Shown piece after piece: positions 30,173-43,988 of a stretch of 64,000 nt of DNA. The position numbers were made by a program, and so were the translations under genes. Source of the stretch: an uncultured Bacilli bacterium (GTDB lineage Bacteria > Bacillota_I > Bacilli_A > RF39 > UBA660); contig CAKOPK010000001.1 of NCBI GenBank assembly GCA_934099115.1, forward strand, positions 85,756 through 149,755, given 5' to 3'. The notes beneath the pieces are model-generated. The model was not told where the DNA came from and made no database searches. It saw only the letters and a list, made by a program, of their open reading frames with translations. How positions within the stretch are numbered: the first letter of the stretch is position 1; each line of letters begins with the position of its first letter.

Positions 30173-30252
30173 TTAATTTTCTTGCTATTTTTGAGTTATC
30201 CACATTCTTTTTTATAATTAAAATAAATAAAATTTAGTAAAAAAAAGAATGC

Positions 30253-32691
30253 TTATTCAGCATTACTTTCTTCTTCTGGTTCATCTTCTTGTTTTTCAAC
30301 TAAGCTTATAGTTGAAACATATTGATTATCCTTTAAATGAATTAATCTTACGCCTTGAGTTACTCTACCTAAAGTATTAATTTGTTCTAGAGACATTCTC
30401 ATTGTGATACCAGTATTTGTCATTATAACTAGTTCCTTATCTTCGTCTACTACTTTAACACTTGCAATATTACCATTTTTGTCTGTTATATTCAAGGCTT
30501 TAACACCTTTGCTACCGCGGCTTGTCTCTCTAAATTCACTTACTAAAGTCTTTTTACCATATCCTTTTTCAGTTACTAACAATATTTTGTCATCTTCTGT
30601 TACTACTTCAGCACAAACACATTTACCGCCATCTAAATTGATACCTTTAACACCACTGGCTGTACGTCCCATTGCTCGGATATTGCTTTCTTTAAACTTA
30701 ACCATACGTCCTAAATCGCTACCTAACAACACTTCATTTTCACCGGTAGTTTTTTTAACACTTATTAATTCATCATTTGGTTTTAAGCTTATAGCAATCT
30801 TCCCAGACGTACGTATGTTTGCAAATTCGCTAATTTGGGTTTTCTTTACTAAGCCTGATTTTGTAACGAATAATAAATATTTAGCTTCTTCTTTTGGATT
30901 TACACATATCATTGAGCTTACCCATTCATCTTTTTCAATTGGAAGAAGATTAATTATTGGTAATCCTTTTGATTGACGATTAAATTCTGGAATTTCGTAT
31001 CCTTTTAAGCGATATACTTTTCCTTTATTTGTAAAGAAGAATAAGTAATCGTGGCTAGAAAGATTGATAATTTGATTTACAAAGTCTTCTTCATTTGTAG
31101 TCATTCCTTTTATGCCCATTCCACCACGTTTTTGAGCTTTAAAAGTATCACTACTAGTTCTTTTAATATATCCCTTGTTAGTTAAAGCAATTAAGATATT
31201 CTCTTCTGGAATTAAAGATTCATCTTCAATATACTCTATTGCTGTCATATCAATATCTGTACGACGTTTATCGCCATATTTTTCTTTAATTTCTAGTAAT
31301 TCTTCTTTAATAATATTTAATATTTTTTCTTCAGAAGCAAGAATTGACCTTAATTCTTCTATAAGTGCTAATAATTCGTTCAATTCAGCCTCAATTTTGT
31401 CTCTTTCTAATCCGGTTAATCTTCTTAGCTTCATTTCGAGAATTGCTTCTGATTGAGCCTCAGAAAGGCCAAATTGAGTCATTAAACCATTTTTTGCTTC
31501 TTCATCTGATTTTGAACCACGAATTAATTTAATTACTGCATCAATATGGTCTAATGCTATTTTTAACCCTTCTAAAATGTGTACTCTTTTTTCAGCTTTT
31601 TCTAAATCAAATTTAGTTCTTCTTACGATTATTTCTTTTTGGTAATCAATATATTTAGAAATAATATCTTTTAAGCCTAAAGTTTTTGGTACACCATTAT
31701 CTAACATTAAGAAGATAATTCCATATGTAGTTTGAAAAGCAGTATGCTTATATAATTTATTTAAAATTACTTGAGCATTTGCATCCTTTTTAAGCGTTAT
31801 AGTAATTTTTACGCCTTCTTTTAAGTCTACATGATAGTCTGTAATACCTTCTAAAACTTTATTATGAACTAAATCTGCTACTTTATTTTTTAATTCTAAA
31901 GTATTTATTCCATAAGGAACTTCATCAATAATGATATATTCACGACCGTTTTTTTCTTCTATACGAGCTCTAGAACGAATAGTAATACTTCCACGTCCTG
32001 TTTCGTAAGCCTTCTTTATTCCACTATTTCCAAGAATAACAGCTCCTGTAGGGAAATCTGGACCTTTAATATACTGCATTAATCCTGTAGTATCTATATC
32101 TGGATTGTCGATATAGGCTACGCATCCATCAATTACTTCTCCTAAATTGTGAGGAGGAATATTAGTTGCCATACCAACGGCAATACCTGTTGTTCCATTT
32201 ACTAAGATATTAGGGAATCTTGATGGTAAAACGGTTGGTTCACTCTCAGATTCATCAAAGTTTGGTGTAAAATCTACTGTGTTTTTACGAATATCTCTTA
32301 ATAATTCTAAAGAAATCTTAGATAAACGAGATTCAGTATAACGCATGGCAGCGGCGCCATATCCTTCAATATTACCAAAGTTTCCATGACCATCCACTAG
32401 CATATAACGATAGCTAAAATCTTGAGCCATACGAACCATAGCTTCATAAATACTAGAATCTCCATGTGGGTGATATTTTCCCATTACGTCTCCGACGATA
32501 CGAGCACTTTTTTTATGAGGCTTATCGGGAGTATATCCAGACTCAAACATTGAATATAATATACGACGATGAACTGGTTTTAAACCATCTCGTAAATCTG
32601 GTAGGGCACGTGCTACAATAACACTCATGGAATATTCTAAGAATGAATCTTGTATTTCTTTTACTATGTTATTTTTTTCTAATCTATCCAT
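30253..32691 (-). CDS. gyrA: DNA gyrase subunit A
   Basis: AAMRYTE active-site Tyr motif, QRDR, C-terminal beta-pinwheel repeats. Confidence 0.97.
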   Translation of the reverse strand: MDRLEKNNIVKEIQDSFLEYSMSVIVARALPDLRDGLKPVHRRILYSMFESGYTPDKPHKKSARIVGDVMGKYHPHGDSSIYEAMVRMAQDFSYRYMLVDGHGNFGNIEGYGAAAMRYTESRLSKISLELLRDIRKNTVDFTPNFDESESEPTVLPSRFPNILVNGTTGIAVGMATNIPPHNLGEVIDGCVAYIDNPDIDTTGLMQYIKGPDFPTGAVILGNSGIKKAYETGRGSITIRSRARIEEKNGREYIIIDEVPYGINTLELKNKVADLVHNKVLEGITDYHVDLKEGVKITITLKKDANAQVILNKLYKHTAFQTTYGIIFLMLDNGVPKTLGLKDIISKYIDYQKEIIVRRTKFDLEKAEKRVHILEGLKIALDHIDAVIKLIRGSKSDEEAKNGLMTQFGLSEAQSEAILEMKLRRLTGLERDKIEAELNELLALIEELRSILASEEKILNIIKEELLEIKEKYGDKRRTDIDMTAIEYIEDESLIPEENILIALTNKGYIKRTSSDTFKAQKRGGMGIKGMTTNEEDFVNQIINLSSHDYLFFFTNKGKVYRLKGYEIPEFNRQSKGLPIINLLPIEKDEWVSSMICVNPKEEAKYLLFVTKSGLVKKTQISEFANIRTSGKIAISLKPNDELISVKKTTGENEVLLGSDLGRMVKFKESNIRAMGRTASGVKGINLDGGKCVCAEVVTEDDKILLVTEKGYGKKTLVSEFRETSRGSKGVKALNITDKNGNIASVKVVDEDKELVIMTNTGITMRMSLEQINTLGRVTQGVRLIHLKDNQYVSTISLVEKQEDEPEEESNAE

Positions 32692-32701
32692 TATTTACCT
32701 C

Positions 32702-35705
<3,004 letters not shown>

Positions 35706-35794
35706 TTTTGACCCCCTAATTTGTTTTTAGTAATCATAATAGGTATTCTTGTACTCCTATACCTAAATATATTATATCATAAAAAAAGACCTTT

Positions 35795-36247
35795 TTAAAG
35801 GTGTTTTTGTTTGTTATAGCCTTTTAAAGCATATTCTAATCTGGTAGCTCGTGCTATTTGTTTATCAAAAATATTATAACTAATTTCTAAGACTACTTTT
35901 TTGCTATTTTTTAGTTCTACAATGGTCTTTTTTTGATTATTTTCATAATAGGTTACTATAGTATGAAAATTTAACCATGCACATTTCTTATTACGAATAG
36001 AATGCGTTGGGATTAAAATGATATTTTTATAACCATTTATAAGTATTGGAGGTTTGTATGATGTTCCTATTAAATAAGCACTTCCTTTTTGACGGCCTAA
36101 AAAAGAGGAACCATTCATGTAGCAATTTCTATCAACGATGCTTGGTGTTGCTTCATTAACAATAAAAGATTTGTATTCTTCAATAATTTTAGTACCTTTA
36201 CTATTTGGAAGTAATGCAAACGTTTCTTCTCCAATTAAATACGGCAT
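35795..36247 (-). CDS. comK: ComK-family competence transcription factor homolog
   Basis: Collinear with B. subtilis ComK (…FALLPNSKG…IVDRNCYMNGSSFLGRQKGSAYLIGTSYKPPILI…LIPTHSIRNKKCAWLNFH…ISYNIFDKQIARA…); start assigned to the second ATG, after GGAAGGGGG. Confidence 0.65.
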   Translation of the reverse strand: MPYLIGEETFALLPNSKGTKIIEEYKSFIVNEATPSIVDRNCYMNGSSFLGRQKGSAYLIGTSYKPPILINGYKNIILIPTHSIRNKKCAWLNFHTIVTYYENNQKKTIVELKNSKKVVLEISYNIFDKQIARATRLEYALKGYNKQKHL

Positions 36248-36330
36248 TTTTTTGCCCCCTTCCTGTAAAATGATTTTAATATAGCATAAAGAGGGCATAT
36301 TGTTTGTCGAATTGTGGAATAAATTTCATT

Positions 36331-37449
36331 TTAGTATGTTTTTATTGGTAATATTAGTTGAATTAAAGATTCATCTGTTAATGCTTTAATAATTAATGGT
36401 TTTACATCACTATTAAGTAATAATAAGATTTCTTCTTCTTCCATTGTTTTTAAAGCTTCTAACATATATTTAGATGAGAAAGATATTTCTACTTTTTCCA
36501 TATTGTTTGTTTCTACTTTTAATTGTTCTTCTACTTTTCCTATTTCTGATGCATAAGAATTAATAATCATTTTAGTATTATCTAATGACATTTTAACAAT
36601 ATTTTTATCTTTTCCTTGAGTAAGTAATGCTGCACGGTCAATAGCATCATTAAATTCTCTTTTATTAACTTTAACTATATAAGCAAATTCACTTGGAATT
36701 AAGTTCGCAGTGTTTGGGTAGTTTCCACTTAATAGATTTGTTTGGAAATTGATGTTTTTATATTTAAATAGAGCTTTATTATTGAAAATATGAATTTCGA
36801 TTTCACTATCATCAGTTATAATACGTTCTAACTCCATAATGTTTTTGCCAGGAATAACAATTTCAAAATCTTTTTCAACACTGTTTGATAATTTAATATT
36901 TTTCTTAGCTAAACGATAAGAGTCTGTTGCTGTTGTTTCTAGGACGTCTTTCGTAAATTTAAAGTTAACACCTGTTAATATAGGTCTTAATTCTTGATTT
37001 GAAATAGCAAATACTGTTTGATTAATGATTGTTTTAAAAATATCACCTTTGATAACAATTGGGTCTTTATTTTCTTCTAATTTAACGTCTGGATAATCGT
37101 TAATATTTAAACAATTTAGATTATATTGATTATTTTCAGTATAGATTTTAATTTTTAGGCCGTCGATAACTTCAAAGTTAATAACATCACTTGGCATTTT
37201 TCTTACTATATCTAATATATATTTACTTTGAATGATAATTCCACCTAGAGTACTTATTTGTTTTATTTCTTTAGCATCTATTAAGGTTTTAATTGTTAGT
37301 TCAGAATCACTAGCAGTTAAGTATAAGCCTTCATTTTTTAATTCAAATTTAATACCATTTAATACTGGTATAACGTTTTTTGTAGAGATTGCTCTAATAA
37401 CATTATTTAATCCTTCTAATATAATATTTTTTTCAATTGTAAATTTCAT
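36331..37449 (-). CDS. dnaN: DNA polymerase III beta sliding clamp
   Basis: Three-domain beta clamp directly downstream of dnaA. Confidence 0.95.
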   Translation of the reverse strand: MKFTIEKNIILEGLNNVIRAISTKNVIPVLNGIKFELKNEGLYLTASDSELTIKTLIDAKEIKQISTLGGIIIQSKYILDIVRKMPSDVINFEVIDGLKIKIYTENNQYNLNCLNINDYPDVKLEENKDPIVIKGDIFKTIINQTVFAISNQELRPILTGVNFKFTKDVLETTATDSYRLAKKNIKLSNSVEKDFEIVIPGKNIMELERIITDDSEIEIHIFNNKALFKYKNINFQTNLLSGNYPNTANLIPSEFAYIVKVNKREFNDAIDRAALLTQGKDKNIVKMSLDNTKMIINSYASEIGKVEEQLKVETNNMEKVEISFSSKYMLEALKTMEEEEILLLLNSDVKPLIIKALTDESLIQLILPIKTY

Positions 37450-37593
37450 TTTCTTTCCTTCTTTCTATTTTTAATAGTTATTATAATACTGTTGATAATG
37501 TTTATAACTTTGTTTTATCCCTTATTTAGGGAGAATTTTTTGTTTTTAGTTGTTTATAAGTGTTTGTTTATTCACAATTTTTTATTATTTTAT

Positions 37594-38940
37594 CTACAAT
37601 TTTGATTTTATTTCTTTGATATTCCTTTCTAATTCTTTATTCGTTAGCAGTTCTTTTTCAATTTTATCACACGCAAATATGACTGTTGAATGGTCTCGGC
37701 CTCCAAATTCTAGGCCTATTCTTGGGAATGTTTCATCTGTTTCGATTCTACAGAGATACATTGCTAATTGACGTGGATGAGCTACTTTATTGCTTCTTTT
37801 TTTGCCTTTTAAGTCTTCAATTGTAATTTTATAATGGTCGGCAACTGCCTTTTGAATCTTTGTAATATTATTATTTGAATATATGTTTTTATTAACGAAA
37901 TCTTTTAGGGCTTCGCAAGTAAATTCTAGGTCTATTGTTTTAGGTACTATCATTGCGGTGTATGCCATAAGACGGTTGATTGCACCTTCTAGGAATCTTA
38001 CGTCATTTTGACAAGCATTTGCAATATATTCAATGCTTTCTTCTTTCATTAGTCCTGCGATACTCGAATTTTCGATTTTTTTCCTTATAATTCGACATCT
38101 TAAATCGAAATCAGGAGGATAAATATCGACTGGTAGACCCCACATAAATCTTGAACGTAAACGTTCTTCTAAGATTTTTAAGTCATCTGGAGAACGGTCG
38201 GAACTTATAATTATCTGTTTATTAGATTGGTGCAGATAATTAAATGTGTTAAAGAATTCTTGTTGGGTTTTTTCAGCACCTACTAAATATTGGATATCAT
38301 CTATTATTAAGACGTCTACATTACGGTATTTATTTTTAAATTCTGTAGCATATTCCAGGGTGTTTTTGCCATTATCAGGATTTGCTATATTGGTATATTC
38401 TGTCATAAACTCATCGCAAGTACAGTATAAGACTTTCCGGTTAGAATTTTCTGTTATAAAGTTACCAATAGCGTGCATTAAATGGGTTTTTCCTAATCCG
38501 CTTTTACCATATATAAATAAGGGATTATGAATTCTTCCAGGAGCTTCTGCTACTGCCATAGCAGCTACTTTAGCTAAACGGTTGGTGTCTCCAACTACGA
38601 ATGTATCGAAGTTTAGGTTGGGATTTAGGTTTGTTTTAAAGTTATTGTTGATAACATCTTCTTTATCCACAACTGGTTTGGGAAGTGTATCCAATTCACT
38701 TTCTAAAACAAAGTTTATATCATAATTTATATTTGTAATCTGATAAAGTGTTTTTTCAATTAAAGAGTAGTAGTTATCGCCTAACATTTTTTTATGTATT
38801 TCCATGGGAACTTCAAAAGTTATTTTATTCTCTGTTAGAGAGATTATTTTTAAATCATTGAACCATGCATGGAATGATGCTGGATTTATTTCTTTATATA
38901 TATTGTCTAAAAAACTTTTCAGTAATTCTTGATTACTCAA
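37594..38940 (-). CDS. dnaA: Chromosomal replication initiator protein DnaA
   Basis: AAA+ Walker A GKSGLGKTHL and C-terminal DnaA-box binding domain. Confidence 0.97.
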   Translation of the reverse strand: MSNQELLKSFLDNIYKEINPASFHAWFNDLKIISLTENKITFEVPMEIHKKMLGDNYYSLIEKTLYQITNINYDINFVLESELDTLPKPVVDKEDVINNNFKTNLNPNLNFDTFVVGDTNRLAKVAAMAVAEAPGRIHNPLFIYGKSGLGKTHLMHAIGNFITENSNRKVLYCTCDEFMTEYTNIANPDNGKNTLEYATEFKNKYRNVDVLIIDDIQYLVGAEKTQQEFFNTFNYLHQSNKQIIISSDRSPDDLKILEERLRSRFMWGLPVDIYPPDFDLRCRIIRKKIENSSIAGLMKEESIEYIANACQNDVRFLEGAINRLMAYTAMIVPKTIDLEFTCEALKDFVNKNIYSNNNITKIQKAVADHYKITIEDLKGKKRSNKVAHPRQLAMYLCRIETDETFPRIGLEFGGRDHSTVIFACDKIEKELLTNKELERNIKEIKSKL

Positions 38941-39472
38941 ATAACCTCACCCCACAGTCTAGTAACTTGTAACTACTTAATTGTATCGCATTTTTATTTT
39001 AATTTAAAGTATAAAATTTAAAATGTTAATTATTCACAACTTATCAACAGAAGTTATCCCATATAATATCTTAAAAGAATGAATTTATCAACACTATTCA
39101 CAAATTTTTATTAAAAAAATTTTTTATTAACTTCTGAGTATTTTTAGCTAAATTGTTGATAGTGTGGATAACTTTTAAAAAACAGCTTGTTTGCTTAGGT
39201 TTTATCTGTGTTTTATTAATTTATATATTTTGTTAGTAAGTAGATATTTATTAACAATTATTGGGAAATATCCTGTTTATAATTTATTTAACTATTTTTT
39301 CTTTTAAAGTTGGATTGTGAATAATTTGAGGATAACTTTTAAATTTTTTTGTTTAGTCTTAAAAAAAGTAAAATTTCTAGTAGTTTTTGTGTTTGTTGCT
39401 TAAAAAACTTGACTTCATTGTGTAAAAATATTATAATTAAACCACTTGAAAAAATTTTAAGGAGGTGAAGAT
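38941..39472. other. oriC: oriC region with a DnaA-box cluster between dnaA and rpmH
   Basis: Perfect TGTGGATAA at 39163-39171; near-consensus boxes at 39030, 39041, 39085 and 39316; AT-rich; a further TTATTCACA near 37568 between dnaA and dnaN suggests a bipartite origin. Confidence 0.75.
39409..39437 (+). promoter_or_regulatory. Consensus sigma-A promoter (TTGACT-17-TATAAT) for rpmH-rnpA
   Basis: TTGACT at 39409-39414, TATAAT at 39432-39437. Confidence 0.55.
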
Positions 39473-39595
39473 ATGAAAAGAACATATCAACCAAACAATC
39501 GTAAAAAGGCAAAAAAACATGGTTTCTTTGCTCGAAAGGAAACTAATATTTTAAAAAACAGACGTAGAAAAGGTCGTAAAGTATTAGCTAGATAA
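39473..39595 (+). CDS. rpmH: 50S ribosomal protein L34
   Basis: [18 protein letters not shown]…RKGRKVLAR; absent from the ORF track because it is short. Confidence 0.9.
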   Translation: MKRTYQPNNRKKAKKHGFFARKETNILKNRRRKGRKVLAR

Positions 39596-39648
39596 CCACT
39601 TTTTTTAGTGGTATTTTTTTGCTTTTCTATTTATACTGGAAGTGAATT

Positions 39649-39987
39649 ATGAAAAAATATCAAATTGTTAAGAAAAATACAGATTTTAATGATATAATTA
39701 GTACGGGTTCTTGTTTAAAAAATAAGTACTATTATATATATTATAAAGATAATGGACTTGATTTTCCAAAGTTTGGTCTTGCAGTTAGTAAGAAATGTGG
39801 TAATGCAGTTGAGCGAAATTTTATTAAGAGAAGAATTAGAATGATTATTGATAGTCATGAAGATTTGTTTCAGAATAAGAATTATATTATTATTCCGAAG
39901 AGGAATATATTAGATTTTACTTATCAGAATATGGAAAAATATTTTGTTCAATTATTTTTAGAAAGGGAAAATAATGAAAAAAATTAA
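39649..39987 (+). CDS. rnpA: RNase P protein component
   Basis: Basic ~110-aa protein with the RNR-like motif (FIKRRIRMII) directly after rpmH. Confidence 0.85.
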   Translation: MKKYQIVKKNTDFNDIISTGSCLKNKYYYIYYKDNGLDFPKFGLAVSKKCGNAVERNFIKRRIRMIIDSHEDLFQNKNYIIIPKRNILDFTYQNMEKYFVQLFLERENNEKN

Positions 39988-40969
39988 AATTGGAATATTA
40001 GTTCTTGTAGTTAGTTTTTTGACAGCTTGTGGGAACAATAATTATATTATGGATGGAAAGAATCCTGTAGAATATGAACAAACAGGGCAAATATTACAAA
40101 AAGATATTTTATGTAAGCCTGAAGATGAAGAGCTTGATAAATTATATCAGAAATATGCTTCACAAACTAAAATAAAATATGAAGAGTTACCTAAATGTGC
40201 TGATTTTAAATTATCAAGTAATAAATCAGATGGTATTTGGGAAGGGATTTTTGTTAAGCCTTTAGCATTTTTTATTTTAAATCTTGGTTATATGATGAAC
40301 AGTTTTGGTTTATCTGTTATTATAGTAGGATTACTTATCCGTTTAATATTGATGCCTATTTCAAGAAAAACACAAAAACAATCTAATAATATGAAAAAGG
40401 CACAACCAGAGCTTGCTCGTATTGAAAAGAAATATGCGAATAAGACTGATAATGAGGCAATGCTTGCGAAAAGCCAGGAAATGATGTTAGTTTATAAAAA
40501 GTATAATATTAGTCCTTTTGGTAGTTGTTTACTTGCTTTTATTCAACTTCCATTGTTCTTTGCATTCTTACAAGCTATTAATCGTACGCCTGCGATATTT
40601 GAGGATAAGTTTTTAGGTTTGACCTTAGGAAAAACTCCTATTGTGGGATTATTCCAAAACCATGAATGGGCTTATATTATTATTATTGCTCTTATCATAT
40701 TGACTACTTATTTATCATTTAAAAATGCTATGGCAGGAAATCAATCAGGTAGTCCAGAAATGGAAAGGCAAATGCAATTCATGTTTAAATTTATGATTAT
40801 TATGATTTCTGTAGCTTCTTTATATTTATCTACAGCAGTTGCTTTATATTGGGTTGCTACAAATGGGTTTGTTGTATTACAAAATTTTGTATTTAAAAAA
40901 TTAGATGAAAAAGAAGAAAATAAAAATGTTATCATTAAACCTAGTAAATCAAATAAGAAAGGGAAATAG
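39974..40969 (+). CDS. yidC: Membrane protein insertase YidC/SpoIIIJ (lipoprotein type)
   Basis: Lipobox LTAC followed by the 5-TM 60-kDa inner membrane protein core. Confidence 0.9.
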   Translation: MKKIKIGILVLVVSFLTACGNNNYIMDGKNPVEYEQTGQILQKDILCKPEDEELDKLYQKYASQTKIKYEELPKCADFKLSSNKSDGIWEGIFVKPLAFFILNLGYMMNSFGLSVIIVGLLIRLILMPISRKTQKQSNNMKKAQPELARIEKKYANKTDNEAMLAKSQEMMLVYKKYNISPFGSCLLAFIQLPLFFAFLQAINRTPAIFEDKFLGLTLGKTPIVGLFQNHEWAYIIIIALIILTTYLSFKNAMAGNQSGSPEMERQMQFMFKFMIIMISVASLYLSTAVALYWVATNGFVVLQNFVFKKLDEKEENKNVIIKPSKSNKKGK

Positions 40970-40971
40970 TC

Positions 40972-41580
40972 ATGAATGTAGTAAAGGAAGTTGCTAAAAC
41001 TAAAGAAGAAGCTTTAAATAAAGTATTGGTAGAATTAAATGCTCAACAATCAGAAATTATTTATTCTTTTAATGAGATAAAAGGGAGTTTTTTAAAAGGA
41101 ATTACTTATGAATGTTCAGGTTTTTTAAAGTCAGAACTAATAGATTGTGCTTTAGATTTTGTAAAGAATATTATTAAAGGAATGGGTATTCAGGCAAATA
41201 TTGAAGTTCGAAATGATGAAAATACTATTACTATGAAAATATATTCTTCTAATAATCCTTTATTGATTGGTAAAAATGGACAGAATTTAGATGCTCTTTC
41301 TACTCTTGTTAGGCAATATATTAGTAATATTACTTTTAATGGTCCTAGAATTATTTTAGATGTTGAAGATTATAGAGATAAACAAATTCAAAGATTAGAA
41401 AAATTAGCTAAAAATTTGGCGAGAGATGTTATTAAAACAAAGATAGATGTATCTATGGATAATATGAATTCTTATGAAAGAAGAATTGTTCATAGTGCTT
41501 TAGTAAGTTTTAAAAATATTAAAACGGAAAGTGTAGGAGAAGAGCCTAATCGTCATGTTGTAATTAAGTATCAAGATTAA
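40972..41580 (+). CDS. jag: Jag/KhpB RNA-binding protein (KH + R3H)
   Basis: Follows yidC; R3H motif in the C-terminus. Confidence 0.8.
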   Translation: MNVVKEVAKTKEEALNKVLVELNAQQSEIIYSFNEIKGSFLKGITYECSGFLKSELIDCALDFVKNIIKGMGIQANIEVRNDENTITMKIYSSNNPLLIGKNGQNLDALSTLVRQYISNITFNGPRIILDVEDYRDKQIQRLEKLAKNLARDVIKTKIDVSMDNMNSYERRIVHSALVSFKNIKTESVGEEPNRHVVIKYQD

Positions 41581-41605
41581 TTGGTACTTTTTTTCATAAA
41601 AAAAT

Positions 41606-42322
41606 TTATGTTTCAATAAACATAAATCTATCTAAATTATTAAAGTCTTTTTCTACTATTATGTTAGACTCTGGATAATAGTTAAGAACTATATTTTTTA
41701 TATCATTTGCAATTGTTGCACCTATCTCAAAAATAATAATACCTTTTTTATTTAATATATTTTTAGCTTCTTTTATAATTGCTTCATAAAATTCTAAACC
41801 ATTATTATTTGCAAACAATGCTATTTGAGGCTCATATTTTGTTTCTAATGAGGTATATTCGTCTTTTTTAACATAGGGTGGATTACTTACTATTAAATCA
41901 TATTTCTCTTTTATATGGTCATTTAAAACATCAATTTTAAAGAATTTAATATTTGCATTATTTTCTTTTGCATTTTCTTTTGCTAATGTAAGAGCAGGAT
42001 TTGAGATATCACAAGCATCGAAGCTTATATTTAGTTCTTTATTTAAAGTAATAGCAATACATCCACTTCCAGTACAAATATCTATTGCTTTTTTAATAAC
42101 TTTCTTTTTTAGATATTTTATACTTTTATCTATTAATAGTTCTGTTTCAAATCTTGGTATTAAAACATTTTCGTTTACTTTAATTTTATAATTATAAAAG
42201 TCTACATATCCAATTAAATATTGTATTGGGTAATTTTTTTTTAAAAGTTTATAGGCTTCTTTTAAATCGCCTTTATAAGTTTCTTTTAAAAGTGTTAAAT
42301 CTGCGATACCAATATTATTCAA
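41606..42322 (-). CDS. prmC: Release factor glutamine methyltransferase
   Basis: NPPY motif (SNPPYV); overlaps the prfA 3' end. Confidence 0.85.
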   Translation of the reverse strand: MNNIGIADLTLLKETYKGDLKEAYKLLKKNYPIQYLIGYVDFYNYKIKVNENVLIPRFETELLIDKSIKYLKKKVIKKAIDICTGSGCIAITLNKELNISFDACDISNPALTLAKENAKENNANIKFFKIDVLNDHIKEKYDLIVSNPPYVKKDEYTSLETKYEPQIALFANNNGLEFYEAIIKEAKNILNKKGIIIFEIGATIANDIKNIVLNYYPESNIIVEKDFNNLDRFMFIET

Positions 42323-43379
42323 AAGTTTCTCCTGCTAGTTTAAGTCTTAAATCTTCTGTTTGTAAAGCTTCAATAATTGGTTCTAATTCACCATCCATTA
42401 CACGGTCTAGGCTCATAATTGAAAAATTAATTCGATGGTCTGTTACACGGTTTTGAGGATAGTTATAAGTTCTAATCTTTTCACTACGGTCTCCAGTTCC
42501 TATTTTACTTTTTCTAGCGGCACCTAATTTCTTTTCTTCTTCATTGCGCATTTCATCATTTATTTTGATTTTTAGCATTTCCATAGCACGCTCTCTATTT
42601 TTTAATTGGCTTCTTTCAATTTGACAAGTTACTACAGCTCCTGTTGGAATATGAGTTAATCTTACAGCTGAATTAGAAGTATTTACAGATTGACCACCGG
42701 CTCCACTTGAGTGGTATACGTCCATTTTTATATCTGCTTCTTTTAATACAATATTAGAAGTTACTATTTCTGGCATTACTAATACTGTTGCGGTTGAAGT
42801 ATGAACTCTTCCTTGAGTTTCTGTTACTGGTACTCTTTGGACTCTATGACTACCACTTTCATATTTTAACTTTTTATATACATCTTCGCCTTTTATCATA
42901 ATTTCTACTTGAGAATAGCCACCACTGGTACCTTCAATAGAGTGTAATTCTTCTATTTTCCAGCCATTTTTTTCTGCATAATAGGTATACATTCTGTATA
43001 AGTCACCAGCAAAAATATTTGCTTCATCTCCACCGGCAGCACCACGTATTTCCATGATAACATTCTTGCCATCATTTTCATCCTTTGGTACAAGTAATAT
43101 TTCTAATTCTTTAGTAATTGTTTCTAATTTTTCTTTGTTTGTTTCTAATTCTAGGGTTGCTAAGTCTTTTAGTTCTTCATCTTTTAGTAAAGCTTTTGCT
43201 TCTTCAATTGCTTTGATTGTTTCTTTATATTCTTCGTATTTTTTTACGGTTTCTTCTAAATCACTGGATTCTTTGGATAATGTTTTTAATTTATTATAGT
43301 CACTAATGATTTCAGGATTTGTTAATTCTTTTTGTAATTCGTTGTATTTTTCTAAAATTGTTTCTAATCTTTCAATCAT
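42315..43379 (-). CDS. prfA: Peptide chain release factor 1
   Basis: GGQ motif (SGAGGQSVN) and PxT-type decoding region. Confidence 0.95.
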   Translation of the reverse strand: MIERLETILEKYNELQKELTNPEIISDYNKLKTLSKESSDLEETVKKYEEYKETIKAIEEAKALLKDEELKDLATLELETNKEKLETITKELEILLVPKDENDGKNVIMEIRGAAGGDEANIFAGDLYRMYTYYAEKNGWKIEELHSIEGTSGGYSQVEIMIKGEDVYKKLKYESGSHRVQRVPVTETQGRVHTSTATVLVMPEIVTSNIVLKEADIKMDVYHSSGAGGQSVNTSNSAVRLTHIPTGAVVTCQIERSQLKNRERAMEMLKIKINDEMRNEEEKKLGAARKSKIGTGDRSEKIRTYNYPQNRVTDHRINFSIMSLDRVMDGELEPIIEALQTEDLRLKLAGETFE

Positions 43380-43433
43380 AATTTGTTTCCTTTCTAATCA
43401 ATATTATAACAAAAATCTAGAAAAAAACAAACA

Positions 43434-43877
43434 TTAACTGTTTGCTTCTTCTTCGTCCATATCAATTACTACTAAATCATCTAAATCGTCATCTGGAATG
43501 TCATCGTCGTTATCATTTTCATAAAAGATATCTTCTTCTTGTTCTTCTTCTAATTCTGTAGGTTCATCATCTACTTCAGCGATAACCATTTCATCCTCGT
43601 CTTCATCAACGATTACTTTTGGATTGTGATGTTCTCTTAAGTCCCAGGAACCATCTTCTAACATAATAAATCTTTTGTCTGTTGTTAATAATTCAAAGAA
43701 ATCTGCTATTTTTGCTTCATATTCTTGTTCACTTAGTTCTAAGGCATTACAAACTTTTTTGAAAAGAATGTTTATTTTCATTTGTTTCTTTTCTTCATTT
43801 AAGATTGCAAAGGCAATATCATCATAATTCATTGCTTCTAATTCTTCTTTTGGTATATCACTTAATTTCATATTCAT
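43434..43877 (-). CDS. rpoE: DNA-directed RNA polymerase delta subunit
   Basis: N-terminal HARE-HTH-like domain plus a long acidic C-terminal tail (DEDEDEM…DDDDIPDDDLDD). Confidence 0.7.
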   Translation of the reverse strand: MNMKLSDIPKEELEAMNYDDIAFAILNEEKKQMKINILFKKVCNALELSEQEYEAKIADFFELLTTDKRFIMLEDGSWDLREHHNPKVIVDEDEDEMVIAEVDDEPTELEEEQEEDIFYENDNDDDIPDDDLDDLVVIDMDEEEANS

Positions 43878-43988
43878 AATCTCCTTTTGTTAGTGTCAAG
43901 ACATTATATGATAGTTTTTGATTTTTGTGTAGTCCATTTCTAACTTTTGTAATTGTAATATTAAAAACTATATTTGTCAATTCTTAAT

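Noticed and set aside
29213-30252. CRISPR array or rRNA/tRNA genes in the repeat-rich gap upstream of gyrA
   Set aside because: The repeats are palindromic parS sites inside a ~235-bp tandem unit, not 25-40-bp direct repeats with unique spacers. No rRNA or tRNA signatures were seen in the gap or elsewhere in the window.
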